DNA of 64,000 nucleotides from Candidatus Kaiserbacteria bacterium. Lineage in GTDB: Bacteria > Patescibacteriota > Minisyncoccia > Phycocordibacterales > UBA918. The first letter of the stretch is position 1. Every line of letters starts with the position of its first letter. Under the pieces are notes generated by a model. It saw only the letters and a list, made by a program, of their open reading frames with translations, made no database searches and was not told where the DNA came from. A program made the translations under genes and the position numbers. The DNA is taken from the NCBI GenBank assembly GCA_031430855.1, contig JANPCG010000013.1, positions 99,781 to 163,780 of the forward strand, read 5' to 3'. Below, in pieces: positions 9,403-18,205 of the stretch.

Positions 9403-10371
9403 ATGAAAAAAATTCTCGTCATTGCTTTGCCACTTTTCGTTCTCGGGCTCTTTTTTGTTCCAGAAATTAATACCCTAGAAGCACAGGGTATTGCACAGTT
9501 AGCACAATGTTCGGGTAATGATTGTACCTCGTGTAATTTAGTTCACCTTGGTAATGGACTTATTCAATGGTTGATCGGAATTCTCTTTATAATCTTTGCC
9601 ATTTTGACGGTCGTTGCAGGGGTGCGTTTAGTAATTTCAGGCGGCAGTACTCAGGCGCTCGATAGCGCCAAAGAATTGTTTAAAAATGCCTTCATTGGAT
9701 TTGTGATTGTCCTCGCGTCCTGGCTTATTGTTGATACCATTATGCGCGTACTGCTCGGTAATGGTGGAAGGTTGGGTTCGTCAGGTGAAGTGTCGGGTTG
9801 GTTATTTTGGTCAGAGGTTGAGTGTCAGACGGTGCGTGATGCAACGCGAGCGGAAATTCGAACGGTTGAATTCGATTTACCAGAAGCCTTAATTGATCAA
9901 GGTGGTGGTACGGCTGGGCAGATTACAATCTCAACACCTTCGGGACCGCAAGTTGTTAACGTTTCCCCTTGTGATACATCAACTTTAACTACCATTAACT
10001 TTTTGGGTGGTAGTGTGACGCTCAATCGGCAGTTTGCAGCAAGTGCGGCCCGGATTGACGCAGCTTGGAGAGCCCGAGGAGGAAATAGTTTCTATCGAGT
10101 GACATCAATTGGTGGTTATGCATGCCGAAATGTGGCCGGTACAAATAGACGGTCCAATCATGCGTATGGTTTGGCGATTGATATTAATCCAGCGCAAAAT
10201 CCACACACCTTTCCTGGTGATTCTAATTACGGACAAACGAATATGCCACCCGCCTTTCGTCAGATCTTTTTGAATGAAGGGTGGGGCTGGGGAGGGAACT
10301 GGAACTCTTCAAAAGACACGATGCACTTTAGTAAAGCGACGGGAGAGGGTGGTAATATGAGAGGAAATTAA
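9403..10371 (+). CDS. secreted protein: TrbC/VirB2-like N-terminal domain fused to LAS/M15-family metallopeptidase (D-Ala-D-Ala carboxypeptidase or endolysin-type) domain
   Basis: N-domain about 60 percent identical to the two paralogs (CSGNDCTSCNLVHL..., GVRLVISGG...IGFVIVLASWLIVDTIMR); C-domain SNHAYGLAIDINP ... DTMHFS matches the SxHxxGxAxD...H zinc-peptidase signature. Confidence 0.65.
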   Translation: MKKILVIALPLFVLGLFFVPEINTLEAQGIAQLAQCSGNDCTSCNLVHLGNGLIQWLIGILFIIFAILTVVAGVRLVISGGSTQALDSAKELFKNAFIGFVIVLASWLIVDTIMRVLLGNGGRLGSSGEVSGWLFWSEVECQTVRDATRAEIRTVEFDLPEALIDQGGGTAGQITISTPSGPQVVNVSPCDTSTLTTINFLGGSVTLNRQFAASAARIDAAWRARGGNSFYRVTSIGGYACRNVAGTNRRSNHAYGLAIDINPAQNPHTFPGDSNYGQTNMPPAFRQIFLNEGWGWGGNWNSSKDTMHFSKATGEGGNMRGN

Positions 10372-10373
10372 GT

Positions 10374-10973
10374 ATGAAACCACGAATCATTCTCGGTATG
10401 CTGGTGTTGTTACTCACACTAATTGTTTGCGTTTGGTATTTTACTAAAGGTACTTCTGATGAAGTTCCGGGTAGGGTGACTGACTTTTCAGCCATTGGTG
10501 TACCAACGACTGCTGAAGATACTTCGTTTACAAGCTTATTGAAACAACAGCCTGATGAAACACAACAGAAGGTGCTCGATAATATATATCTAGACGAATA
10601 TTATCTCTATCCGTGTAATATAACTAATCCACCAACTGATGTGGTAGTTTTGGTCGCTCAGTATAAACCAAATAGTGCTGGCTTAAATACCTTTCAAACG
10701 GCACAATCTGCCGTAAAGACTTTTGAAGATGACATATACCCTAATTGGGGACATCTGATTTTTAAAGATTCCTTTAATGCAGCACTGTCCGTGCGGAATT
10801 TTAGTGAAAAAGGAGTGAGTGATCCTGAGCTTGTGACCGAGACCTATCGGGTTGGATTATCGCCTGATGGGCAAACGCAGGTGTATTATGGGTGGGTACT
10901 CAATTATATTGTCGTAGCGTCTTCGAAAGACTGTTTAATTGAAACTATGAAACAAGTTTATTCCATTCATTAG
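10374..10973 (+). CDS. membrane-anchored hypothetical protein (candidate immunity or partner protein)
   Basis: N-terminal TM helix ILGMLVLLLTLIVCVWYF, soluble remainder; follows the M15 fusion gene with a 2 nt gap. Confidence 0.45.
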   Translation: MKPRIILGMLVLLLTLIVCVWYFTKGTSDEVPGRVTDFSAIGVPTTAEDTSFTSLLKQQPDETQQKVLDNIYLDEYYLYPCNITNPPTDVVVLVAQYKPNSAGLNTFQTAQSAVKTFEDDIYPNWGHLIFKDSFNAALSVRNFSEKGVSDPELVTETYRVGLSPDGQTQVYYGWVLNYIVVASSKDCLIETMKQVYSIH

Positions 10974-10993
10974 CGCTCGATAATTGTACCCAT

Positions 10994-12106
10994 ATGAAAT
11001 ACCTCCCCATCATTTTATTTATCACATTTTCATTCGGCTTTATGTTTGTGCCTGAGACTGGTGTCGCACAAGCCCCGGGTTTGGTGCAGCTCGCACAGTG
11101 TACCGGTAATGATTGTACGGCGTGTAATTTAGTTCATTTAGCGAACGGTATCATTCGGTGGGTGATTGGTATTCTCTTTGTGATATTTGCGGTCTTGGTG
11201 GCGATTGCGGGAGTGCGATTGGTGATTTCGGGGGGTAATAGCCGGGCTTTGGATGAAGCCAAAGAAACGTTTATCAATGCCATTATTGGATTTATCATTG
11301 TTCTCTCTGCGTGGCTTATCATTGATACCGTGATGCGTACCTTGGTCGGCAATGAGGGACGTTTGGGATCGACTGGTTCGGTGTCTGGGTGGCTATTTTG
11401 GTCGGAGGTTGAGTGTCAGACGGTGAGAAATGCTACTGCGGCTGAAATCAGAACTATTCAGTTTGAACTCGCTACAGCTGAGTTTTGGCCTGGTGATCCG
11501 GGTGGAGCGTTTGGAACATCAGAGGTGGTATCAGTTACATCGTGTGCCGCTACTCCGGCTGGTAACATAAATTGTACAGCGCTCGAGAGTGCGTGTCGTG
11601 CTGCTGGCAACTCGCCAATAGTCGACAGAACTAATCCAGTCGACTATCGCGTTAATTGTGTCAGTGTTTCCGATACTCCAGCAGCTCCAGTAAGCGGCTC
11701 TGGTTCGACCGGATGTACCGGAGGGGCGTGTGTGCCGCTGACGATACCGTGTAGTGCATCTGGTTGTACGATTGCGAGAGATATGGTGTCGCGGTTAGCT
11801 GGTATGCATTCTGCGGCTGGGGTTTCTGGTGCGCGAGTGACCGAAGCGATGCCGCCGAGTCGACAACATAGAAGTGCCTGTCACCAAAATGGAACCTGTA
11901 TCGATTATAGTAAAGCGGGTGGTATGAGTGGTGGAGAGGTAGCCCGTGTGATTTCCGCAGCGTCGCGTAACGGATTACGAGCGGTATACGAAGTGCAAAC
12001 ACAGACGCAAAAAAATGCTTTGGTAGCTGCTGGTGCCCCCGCTGGAAATATCACTGTGCTTGGTAATTGGATTAGTGCCCCACACTTTTCAATTTACGGG
12101 AGTTAG
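10994..12106 (+). CDS. secreted protein: TrbC/VirB2-like N-terminal domain fused to a Cys-rich, divergent M15-like peptidase domain
   Basis: N-domain nearly identical in pattern to 9403..10371; C-terminal RSACHQNGTCID ... SAPHFS mirrors the H..G...D ... HF pattern of the neighbouring M15 domain. Confidence 0.5.
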   Translation: MKYLPIILFITFSFGFMFVPETGVAQAPGLVQLAQCTGNDCTACNLVHLANGIIRWVIGILFVIFAVLVAIAGVRLVISGGNSRALDEAKETFINAIIGFIIVLSAWLIIDTVMRTLVGNEGRLGSTGSVSGWLFWSEVECQTVRNATAAEIRTIQFELATAEFWPGDPGGAFGTSEVVSVTSCAATPAGNINCTALESACRAAGNSPIVDRTNPVDYRVNCVSVSDTPAAPVSGSGSTGCTGGACVPLTIPCSASGCTIARDMVSRLAGMHSAAGVSGARVTEAMPPSRQHRSACHQNGTCIDYSKAGGMSGGEVARVISAASRNGLRAVYEVQTQTQKNALVAAGAPAGNITVLGNWISAPHFSIYGS

Positions 12107-12127
12107 TTTTTAAGGGGAGAGAATGTT

Positions 12128-12510
12128 ACGAGGAATCTTGAAACTTACAGTTTCGGTACAGGTTGTCGCTACTTTTAAAGTCCCGCAAGCGGTCACAAGT
12201 GACGAAGGGTTCTGCTGTCACAAGTTACTAACTATAATCATTCGCTACGCTCTGATTCTAGTAAGTACTTTCGACCCACGAGGAATCTTGAAACATACAG
12301 TTTCGGTACAGGTTGTAATGTAAGCCTTTGTGCGGTCACAAATCACTAACTATATTTGTTCACTTCGTTCCAAATCTAGTAAGTGTTCGCGACCCCGGCT
12401 CATGGCTCGCAAGCTTGCAACATTCCGCCTCCCGCAGCAGTCGCAAGCAAAGCAGTTTATCTTTGCGGTCACAGATAATTTTCTTCGAAAATTTCTGCGA
12501 CCCCGACGCA
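12128..12510. repeat. degenerate tandem repeats (units about 150, 115, 110 bp) with recurring blocks GGAATCTTGAAAC(T/A)TACAGTTTCGGTACAGGTTGT, GCGGTCACA and CTAGTAAGT...TTCG(A/C)GACC
   Basis: 38-bp block identical bar 1 nt at 12130 and 12280; GCGGTCACA occurs four times; ORFs called here are likely spurious. Confidence 0.6.
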
Positions 12511-12576
12511 CTCGTGGCAAAGCCACATCGTTTACGTCTCCCGCCCGAGCCGAACCTGACGCAGGTCAGGTTCTAA

Positions 12577-12610
12577 AGAAAAATCACAATGCGGATGCAT
12601 TGTGATTTTT
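12577..12610. terminator. bidirectional rho-independent terminator, perfect 15-bp stem GAAAAATCACAATGC-ggat-GCATTGTGATTTTTC
   Basis: perfect palindrome with A/T runs on both sides, immediately 3' of tRNA-Trp (minus strand). Confidence 0.7.
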
Positions 12611-12620
12611 CTTTGCTCGG

Positions 12621-12691
12621 GCGGGCCCACGAGGACTTGAACCTCGGTCAACGGTTTTGGAAACCGGTATTCTACCACTGAACTATAGGCC
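12621..12691 (-). tRNA. tRNA-Trp (anticodon CCA)
   Basis: manual fold: acceptor GGGCCTA/TGGGCCC, anticodon loop TTCCAAA, T-arm CGAGG-TTCAAGT-CCTCG; C27-U43 mismatch noted. Confidence 0.75.
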
Positions 12692-12775
12692 CGTTTATTT
12701 GTGGTGGCATAATGCCAGTGGGATAATAGTAGGCGAAATGATGGATTCGGTCAATGGACAATTTTCTCGGCGTGG

Positions 12776-13690
12776 TTAGGAGGCGAGAAAGCCCTGAACG
12801 GATTCTTTGACGGCTTCGTAATCAGTCGGGAACGGGAACCAGGTGATACTCGGATCACGTTTGAGCCACATTCGTTGCCGCTTCGCAAATTGCCGGGTTT
12901 TATTTGTGAGTTCTTCGATCATGGCTTCTCGTGTAAGGGTGCCGCGGAGATACCGAGAAATATATCGATATTCGAGTCCAAAATCCTCCATTCTTTCAAA
13001 GCTCACACCGTTTGTATGGAGGTCTGAAATTTCTTCTATCATACCTTGATTGAGTCGTTCTATGATTCGTTCACGTATCCGTTCGTTTAAGATTTCAGTA
13101 GGTACTGCAATACCGATTGTGAGCCATTCATAGGCTGATTCTATTGGGGTAACTTCAGGCACTACACCAAGCGAATCGATTATCTCAAGTGCACGGATAA
13201 GTCGTCGCTTATTTTCAGAATCAATTACCACCGCTCGACGTGGGTCGGTGGCTGCTAACATTGCATATAATTCAATTACGGTTTTTTCTTCGAGCTCAGC
13301 CCGCAATCTTGGATTCGGAGCTACGGGTGCCGACTGCATCGTCCCACGTAAGAGTTCGGTGTAGAAAAATGTCCCACCCACAATGATAGGGAGTTTACCG
13401 CGGGTGATGATATCAGTAATTGCAGCGCCAGCATTACGCGCAAAATCTGATCCGGTGTAAAGATCTGTTTTTGGGTCGGCAATATCCAAAAGATGATGGG
13501 GAACCCCAGCCATTTCTTCCCGGGTAACTTTCCCGGTACCTAAGTCCATTCCCCGGTAGACCTGGCGTGAATCTGCTGAAATTACTTCACCTCTGAAGGT
13601 TTTGGCGAGCTCGATACTTAATGCCGTTTTGCCACTGCCGGTCGGACCGACAATAGAGAGAAGTTTTGGTTTTTGAGTCAGGCTTTCCAT
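12776..13690 (-). CDS. miaA: tRNA dimethylallyltransferase (isopentenyl-adenosine A37)
   Basis: N-terminal P-loop IVGPTGSGKTALS and overall MiaA-like sequence. Confidence 0.9.
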   Translation of the reverse strand: MESLTQKPKLLSIVGPTGSGKTALSIELAKTFRGEVISADSRQVYRGMDLGTGKVTREEMAGVPHHLLDIADPKTDLYTGSDFARNAGAAITDIITRGKLPIIVGGTFFYTELLRGTMQSAPVAPNPRLRAELEEKTVIELYAMLAATDPRRAVVIDSENKRRLIRALEIIDSLGVVPEVTPIESAYEWLTIGIAVPTEILNERIRERIIERLNQGMIEEISDLHTNGVSFERMEDFGLEYRYISRYLRGTLTREAMIEELTNKTRQFAKRQRMWLKRDPSITWFPFPTDYEAVKESVQGFLAS

Positions 13691-13762
13691 AGTGCGAGTG
13701 TATCAGGATAAAAAAGAAAATGAAATGCCGCCGCCCCGAGAAAGAGGCGACGGCAGTTTCGT

Positions 13763-14476
13763 TCAGACATAGTTGACTGAACGTTTGTAGGCTTCAAGTT
13801 GGCCGGGGTATTCGACGACTGCTTCGTACTGCTTTCGTTTCAAGTACCCACGGGCAAGCGCCCATTCCATCAGGTCCTCGAATCCCCAGACGGCGTGCAA
13901 GCGTACGCCAAGAAAGGCAAGCTTTTTCGACGCATCGGTGCTCTGGTTGAGGAACACCAACAGATCGGACACATGACCACCGGCACCAGCGATTGGCTTC
14001 ATAGCTTGCTCATTCGTATGCAGGCTGGCCACCAAGGCGTCGATCATGAGCGTGTCTTCCCAGTCGAACTGGTCATTTTCGGGAAGCTTGAAGGCGCGAT
14101 TGCCATCGATTTCGAACTTCTTGAGCCAATAGCGCTGAATGTGCCCGCCTGCTCCCTCAAGCTCATTTATGATGGCGTCGAGGTAGGGGTCTCCGGCGGC
14201 CGGAATCGAGCAGGTCGAACGGGCGTAGGTAAAGAGCTCACGCTCTTTACCTAACAGATACATCGAACGGCCGATGGTAATGATATTGGCGGCTCCGAGA
14301 GTTCCTTCCTTCACTCCCTCACGGTGCAGATTAAGATGGAAGGGCGACCGCGGTGCCTCAGGCAGTTTTTCGTGAACACTGAGGGTGAAGCCATCGTCTA
14401 GGTCGACGAGACAGCTGCCGGTGCGAAAAATCGCATGGGCTGCGAGCTCACGCGCTTCCAGTAATTCTTGGTTCAT
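13763..14476 (-). CDS. hypothetical protein (start moved to MNQELLEA, preceded by GGGAGGA)
   Basis: ORF track extends to 14680, but that N-terminus runs through tRNA-Leu; internal ATG at 14476 has a Shine-Dalgarno 8 nt upstream. Confidence 0.5.
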   Translation of the reverse strand: MNQELLEARELAAHAIFRTGSCLVDLDDGFTLSVHEKLPEAPRSPFHLNLHREGVKEGTLGAANIITIGRSMYLLGKERELFTYARSTCSIPAAGDPYLDAIINELEGAGGHIQRYWLKKFEIDGNRAFKLPENDQFDWEDTLMIDALVASLHTNEQAMKPIAGAGGHVSDLLVFLNQSTDASKKLAFLGVRLHAVWGFEDLMEWALARGYLKRKQYEAVVEYPGQLEAYKRSVNYV

Positions 14477-14590
14477 AGAACAATCCTCCCATTGAGCCAT
14501 ACAGTATGGCAGTGTGGCGATACGCGTTAGGGTACTCCAAAATATGAAAAAAACAAGTGAGTTATGCGCTCGTTTTATTTTAAAAACAGT

Positions 14591-14675
14591 TGGTGGGCGT
14601 GGAGGGGGTCGAACCCTCAATCCTTGCGGAACACGATTTTGAGTCGTGCGCGTATACCAATTCCGCCACACGCCC
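14591..14675 (-). tRNA. tRNA-Leu (anticodon CAA), long variable arm, CCA encoded
   Basis: manual fold: acceptor GGGCGTG/CACGCCC, anticodon stem-loop CACGA-CTCAAAA-TCGTG, T-arm GAGGG-TTCGACC-CCCTC, 3' ACCA. Confidence 0.85.
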
Positions 14676-14830
14676 ATCAACTATCTTCAACAACGGAGGT
14701 TAGTCTATCAGATAATTGCCGAGTTATAAACACCCAGAAAAGGAGGTGTGATACAATACGTAAACGAACACATCATTTGAGTGTTTGGAGGTATACGCTT
14801 TGGTTATTTTCTGTATTTTCGTAATTCATT

Positions 14831-16228
14831 ATGGCATTTCAAGGTGATTCAATTTTCTGGGTAGAAGTCGAAAAAATCGTTCCTAATCCGTTCCAACCAC
14901 GGCGTGAATTTGATGAGATGCGATTAAAAGAGCTCTCGGAGTCGGTTCGGATGTACGGTATTTTGCAGCCACTGACAGTAACACGACGTGAAATTCAGAA
15001 TGAGGATGGCTCGTTTCGGAGTGAGTATGAGTTAATTGCGGGAGAACGACGCTTGCGCGCGAGTAAACTCGCTGGCTTGGCCCAGGTTCCGGTGATTATT
15101 CGGGAAGGGGAACAAAGTGAGCAGGAAAAGCTCGAGCTAGCCATTATCGAAAATCTCCAGCGGGAAGATTTGAATGCTGTTGATCGGGCGCTCGCATTCC
15201 GTCAGCTGGCAGATGTATTTGGTCTCTCTCATACCCAAGTGGCGCAGAAGGTGGGGCGCAGTCGTGAGTATGTCTCGAATACCATTCGCTTGCTAGCCTT
15301 GCCTGATTACATGCTTACCGCATTACGGACTGCTGATATTAGTGAAGGGCATGCGCGAACCCTTTTAATGCTTAACGATCGTCCCGAAGAACAAGATACG
15401 GTATTCCGGGAGATTCTACTCAAGAAACTTTCAGTCCGTGAAGTTGAGCGTATTGCTCGCGGGATAGCGAGTGAAAAGATCCGCAAGAAAGGGGACTATG
15501 ATGCTGATTTGGTTGAACTTGAAAAGAAATTTACGGAAACCCTTGGTACACGCGTGAGTATCGTGAAGACGGAGTTTGGTGGGCGACTATCAATCGATTA
15601 CTTTACTCAAGACGATTTGATGCAAATGTTAGAGCGGATGAAAGCTGAGGCGGGCGCAGTGCCGCTGGTGGTCGCTCTCGGTAATAAAAATATGACTGAA
15701 CTTGGTCCATTAAATGAGCCGGGTGAACTCACTAATCCGCGCGCCGATGAATTGGCAATTTTAACTGAACGAACGGTCCTTGAAGTTGTTCCTGAAGCAA
15801 AACCGGTTACTGTAGAGGAATCAGTTGTACAGGAAAACATTGATCCAGTAGTTAACGTGTCTCCAACTTTTACTGAAAGTGAACCAGTAAAGGCTGTTCC
15901 TGTCGTTGTACCGATTGTGCCTGAAGTAGTACTAGAACCCACGCAGATTACTTCGACACAAGTTAAAGAAACTCCCGTAGCAGCTCCTGCTCCAGCCCCG
16001 ATGGCTGCAAGTCTCTCGTTGCGCGAACAATTGGCAGCGCTCCTAGGGACGACGCCAAAAGTCCTTGAGACGATTTCGACACCAGTTACTGTTGCAAGTC
16101 CAACTACATCCGTTCCCGTAAAAGAGGAAGTCGTGGTTGCTCCGCACATTGTGCCAACGCTACCGGTGACAAAAACTGAGGAAGGTGATGACACCAATCT
16201 CTACGATCTTAAAAATTTTTCTATTTAG
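14831..16228 (+). CDS. parB: ParB/Spo0J chromosome partitioning protein with a roughly 200 aa Pro/Val/Thr-rich low-complexity C-terminal extension
   Basis: ParB box ELIAGERRLRASKLAG; HTH region; long PVxxV-rich tail. Confidence 0.85.
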   Translation: MAFQGDSIFWVEVEKIVPNPFQPRREFDEMRLKELSESVRMYGILQPLTVTRREIQNEDGSFRSEYELIAGERRLRASKLAGLAQVPVIIREGEQSEQEKLELAIIENLQREDLNAVDRALAFRQLADVFGLSHTQVAQKVGRSREYVSNTIRLLALPDYMLTALRTADISEGHARTLLMLNDRPEEQDTVFREILLKKLSVREVERIARGIASEKIRKKGDYDADLVELEKKFTETLGTRVSIVKTEFGGRLSIDYFTQDDLMQMLERMKAEAGAVPLVVALGNKNMTELGPLNEPGELTNPRADELAILTERTVLEVVPEAKPVTVEESVVQENIDPVVNVSPTFTESEPVKAVPVVVPIVPEVVLEPTQITSTQVKETPVAAPAPAPMAASLSLREQLAALLGTTPKVLETISTPVTVASPTTSVPVKEEVVVAPHIVPTLPVTKTEEGDDTNLYDLKNFSI

Positions 16229-16244
16229 TCAGTTGCTCGGCAAA

Positions 16245-16282
16245 CCCAAAGAAACATCTTTACCAAGAGGTGTTTCTTTGGT
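16245..16282. terminator. 11-bp stem hairpin CCAAAGAAACA...TGTTTCTTTGG downstream of parB
   Basis: read from sequence; weak T tract. Confidence 0.4.
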
Positions 16283-16339
16283 ATAACTGCACCTATCCAC
16301 CTGAATCATCGGTGGACAAAAAAGTGAGGGAAACAAAAA

Positions 16340-16522
16340 ATGAGTTCAAATTCTACCAAACCCCCGACTGTAGACGAATTTGTGCCGAAGTCAGCTTCGA
16401 CTCAGGTATATACACCTTCAGTAGGAGAACGGCCGTGGTGGGCTGATCAGCTCGGTAAGCCGGGCGAAACGTACGCTGAAACCAGTCGTGGGATGAGGAA
16501 ATTATCCGATATTGGCGGGTAA
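16340..16522 (+). CDS. small hypothetical protein (60 aa)
   Basis: ORF with GAGGGA upstream; followed by GC hairpin + T6. Confidence 0.3.
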   Translation: MSSNSTKPPTVDEFVPKSASTQVYTPSVGERPWWADQLGKPGETYAETSRGMRKLSDIGG

Positions 16523-16543
16523 CATCCAGCCGTGAAATCGGAA

Positions 16544-16571
16544 AGGCGCGTCTCCGGGCGCGTCTTTTTTA
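16544..16571. terminator. GC-rich hairpin (GGCGCGTCTCCGGGCGCG) + TCTTTTTTAT, shared by convergent genes
   Basis: read from sequence. Confidence 0.45.
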
Positions 16572-18125
16572 TAATCCGGCCCCGAGATCTTCGAGGGCAG
16601 ATCGAATGTGTCGTTTTGCAAGAGTTGTCTTCGCGATCCCGAGCCACTTCTTGGTAGGTTTAGCTGATTTTCGCGTTTCCACTTCAACGATATCGCCATT
16701 TTTTAGTTCTGTTTCAAGTTGTACAAGTTTCTTGTTAACTTTGACGCCACCGATGTGGTTACCAATATCTGAGTGGATAGCGTACGCGAAATCAATCGGG
16801 GTAGCACCGACCGGCAAATCAACGACGTCGCCAATGGGGGTAAACACAAAGATCCGGTTAGAGAAGAAATCTTGGCGCATTTCAGTAATAAACTCATCGC
16901 CAGTACTTTTACCACGGCTGTGCATTTCACCGATTTGACTAATCCATTGGGGAATTTTTTCTTTGTGTGGTACCGACGCGTGCGCTTTTATTGATTCGTC
17001 TTTTACTGGAGTGCGAGCAAATGGACGAAACAGCATTGGCACCAGGTTAGCAAACCGCCCTGGACTTGGTTGTGGACCATTGACGACCGGTAGTTTGTAC
17101 ATAAGGTGGGAGGCCACACCGAACTCTGACTCATGATGCATCTGACGAGTGCGGATTTGGATTTCAAGAATAGTGCCATGGGTGGTGGTAACGGTGGTAT
17201 GAATTGATTGATACCCATTTGGTTTTGGAAACGCGATGTAGTCTTTCATGCGTCCGGGCAGCGGTCGCCAGAGTTGGTGAATAATACCGAGCGTCTGGTA
17301 ACACTCTTCAATGGTTGGGACAACTACGCGGATGGCCAAGAGGTCATAGACTGTTGCGATGTCCCAGTCTTTGCGACTCAGTTTATGATAGAGACTGAAT
17401 AAGCCTTTAACCCGGTACGAGGTATTAAAATCAAGCAGCTTAGCCTCAACTAAACGTTTTTGTAGGACTTTTCGTTCCTTTTCTAAGAGTTCGTTAGTTT
17501 TACCGGCCCGAGTCTCCAGTAGTTTTTTAACCCGGGAGTATTCAGCTGGGTAGACATACGGGAAGGCCAAGTCCTCTAATTCTTTACGGATTTTACCCAT
17601 TCCTAAACGGTGGGCAACAGGAACGTAAATCTCTAAGGTCTCGCGGGCAATTCGTGATTGTTTATGAGTTGGCACATGACTCAAAGTTTCCATGTTATGT
17701 AGCCGATCGATGAGCTTGATGATTAACACTCGAATATCTTGACTCGTTGCCACGAATAATTTCCGCAATGATTCATTGTGCCTATCGGTACCGTAATATC
17801 GTACCGAACTTAATTTTGTGACCCCTTCGACCAAGAACAGGATTTCATCCCCGAATTCTCGCCGGATGTCTTCGTTAGTGAGAGCGGTATCTTCGACGAC
17901 ATCATGCAACAGTCCGGCGGCGACCGTTCGCGGCGCCATTCCCATTTCAGCTAGTTTAAAACCGACGTTCGCTGCGTGATGCATATAGGGTTCACCCGAA
18001 TAGCGGATTTGTCCCGCATGCGCGGTTTCCGCTGTGGCGTATGCTTTTTCAATCAAGTGCTTGTCCGCTTCGGTGGCGGTTGCAAATTGACCAATAATAT
18101 CAGCAGCATTTTTCATGATTTTCAT
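16569..18125 (-). CDS. rel: bifunctional (p)ppGpp synthetase/hydrolase, short form (HD + synthetase + TGS, no ACT domain)
   Basis: HD motif LLHDVVEDT, RelA/SpoT synthetase region, C-terminal TGS-like NGDIVEV; ORF track N-terminus (to 18224) is probably an artefactual extension. Confidence 0.8.
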   Translation of the reverse strand: MKIMKNAADIIGQFATATEADKHLIEKAYATAETAHAGQIRYSGEPYMHHAANVGFKLAEMGMAPRTVAAGLLHDVVEDTALTNEDIRREFGDEILFLVEGVTKLSSVRYYGTDRHNESLRKLFVATSQDIRVLIIKLIDRLHNMETLSHVPTHKQSRIARETLEIYVPVAHRLGMGKIRKELEDLAFPYVYPAEYSRVKKLLETRAGKTNELLEKERKVLQKRLVEAKLLDFNTSYRVKGLFSLYHKLSRKDWDIATVYDLLAIRVVVPTIEECYQTLGIIHQLWRPLPGRMKDYIAFPKPNGYQSIHTTVTTTHGTILEIQIRTRQMHHESEFGVASHLMYKLPVVNGPQPSPGRFANLVPMLFRPFARTPVKDESIKAHASVPHKEKIPQWISQIGEMHSRGKSTGDEFITEMRQDFFSNRIFVFTPIGDVVDLPVGATPIDFAYAIHSDIGNHIGGVKVNKKLVQLETELKNGDIVEVETRKSAKPTKKWLGIAKTTLAKRHIRSALEDLGAGL

Positions 18126-18205
18126 TGTAGAGAGGAAACAATGACTTGGCAAGGCATAAGAAAACCGCGGCACACACAAAGGTGCGCCGCGGCAGCGGAT
18201 GGATG

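Noticed and set aside
12128-12510. Possible CRISPR array
   Set aside because: Repeat units are long (over 100 bp) and degenerate, with no regular repeat-spacer periodicity and no cas genes nearby.
12123-12605. ORFs 12123..12323, 12328..12576, 12330..12605 from the six-frame track
   Set aside because: They lie entirely within the tandem-repeat and terminator region downstream of tRNA-Trp. They have no SD and are repeat-driven, so they are most likely spurious.
13763-14680. 305 aa version of the minus-strand gene
   Set aside because: The first 68 codons run through tRNA-Leu (14591..14675). An internal ATG with a GGGAGGA SD at 14476 is the plausible start.
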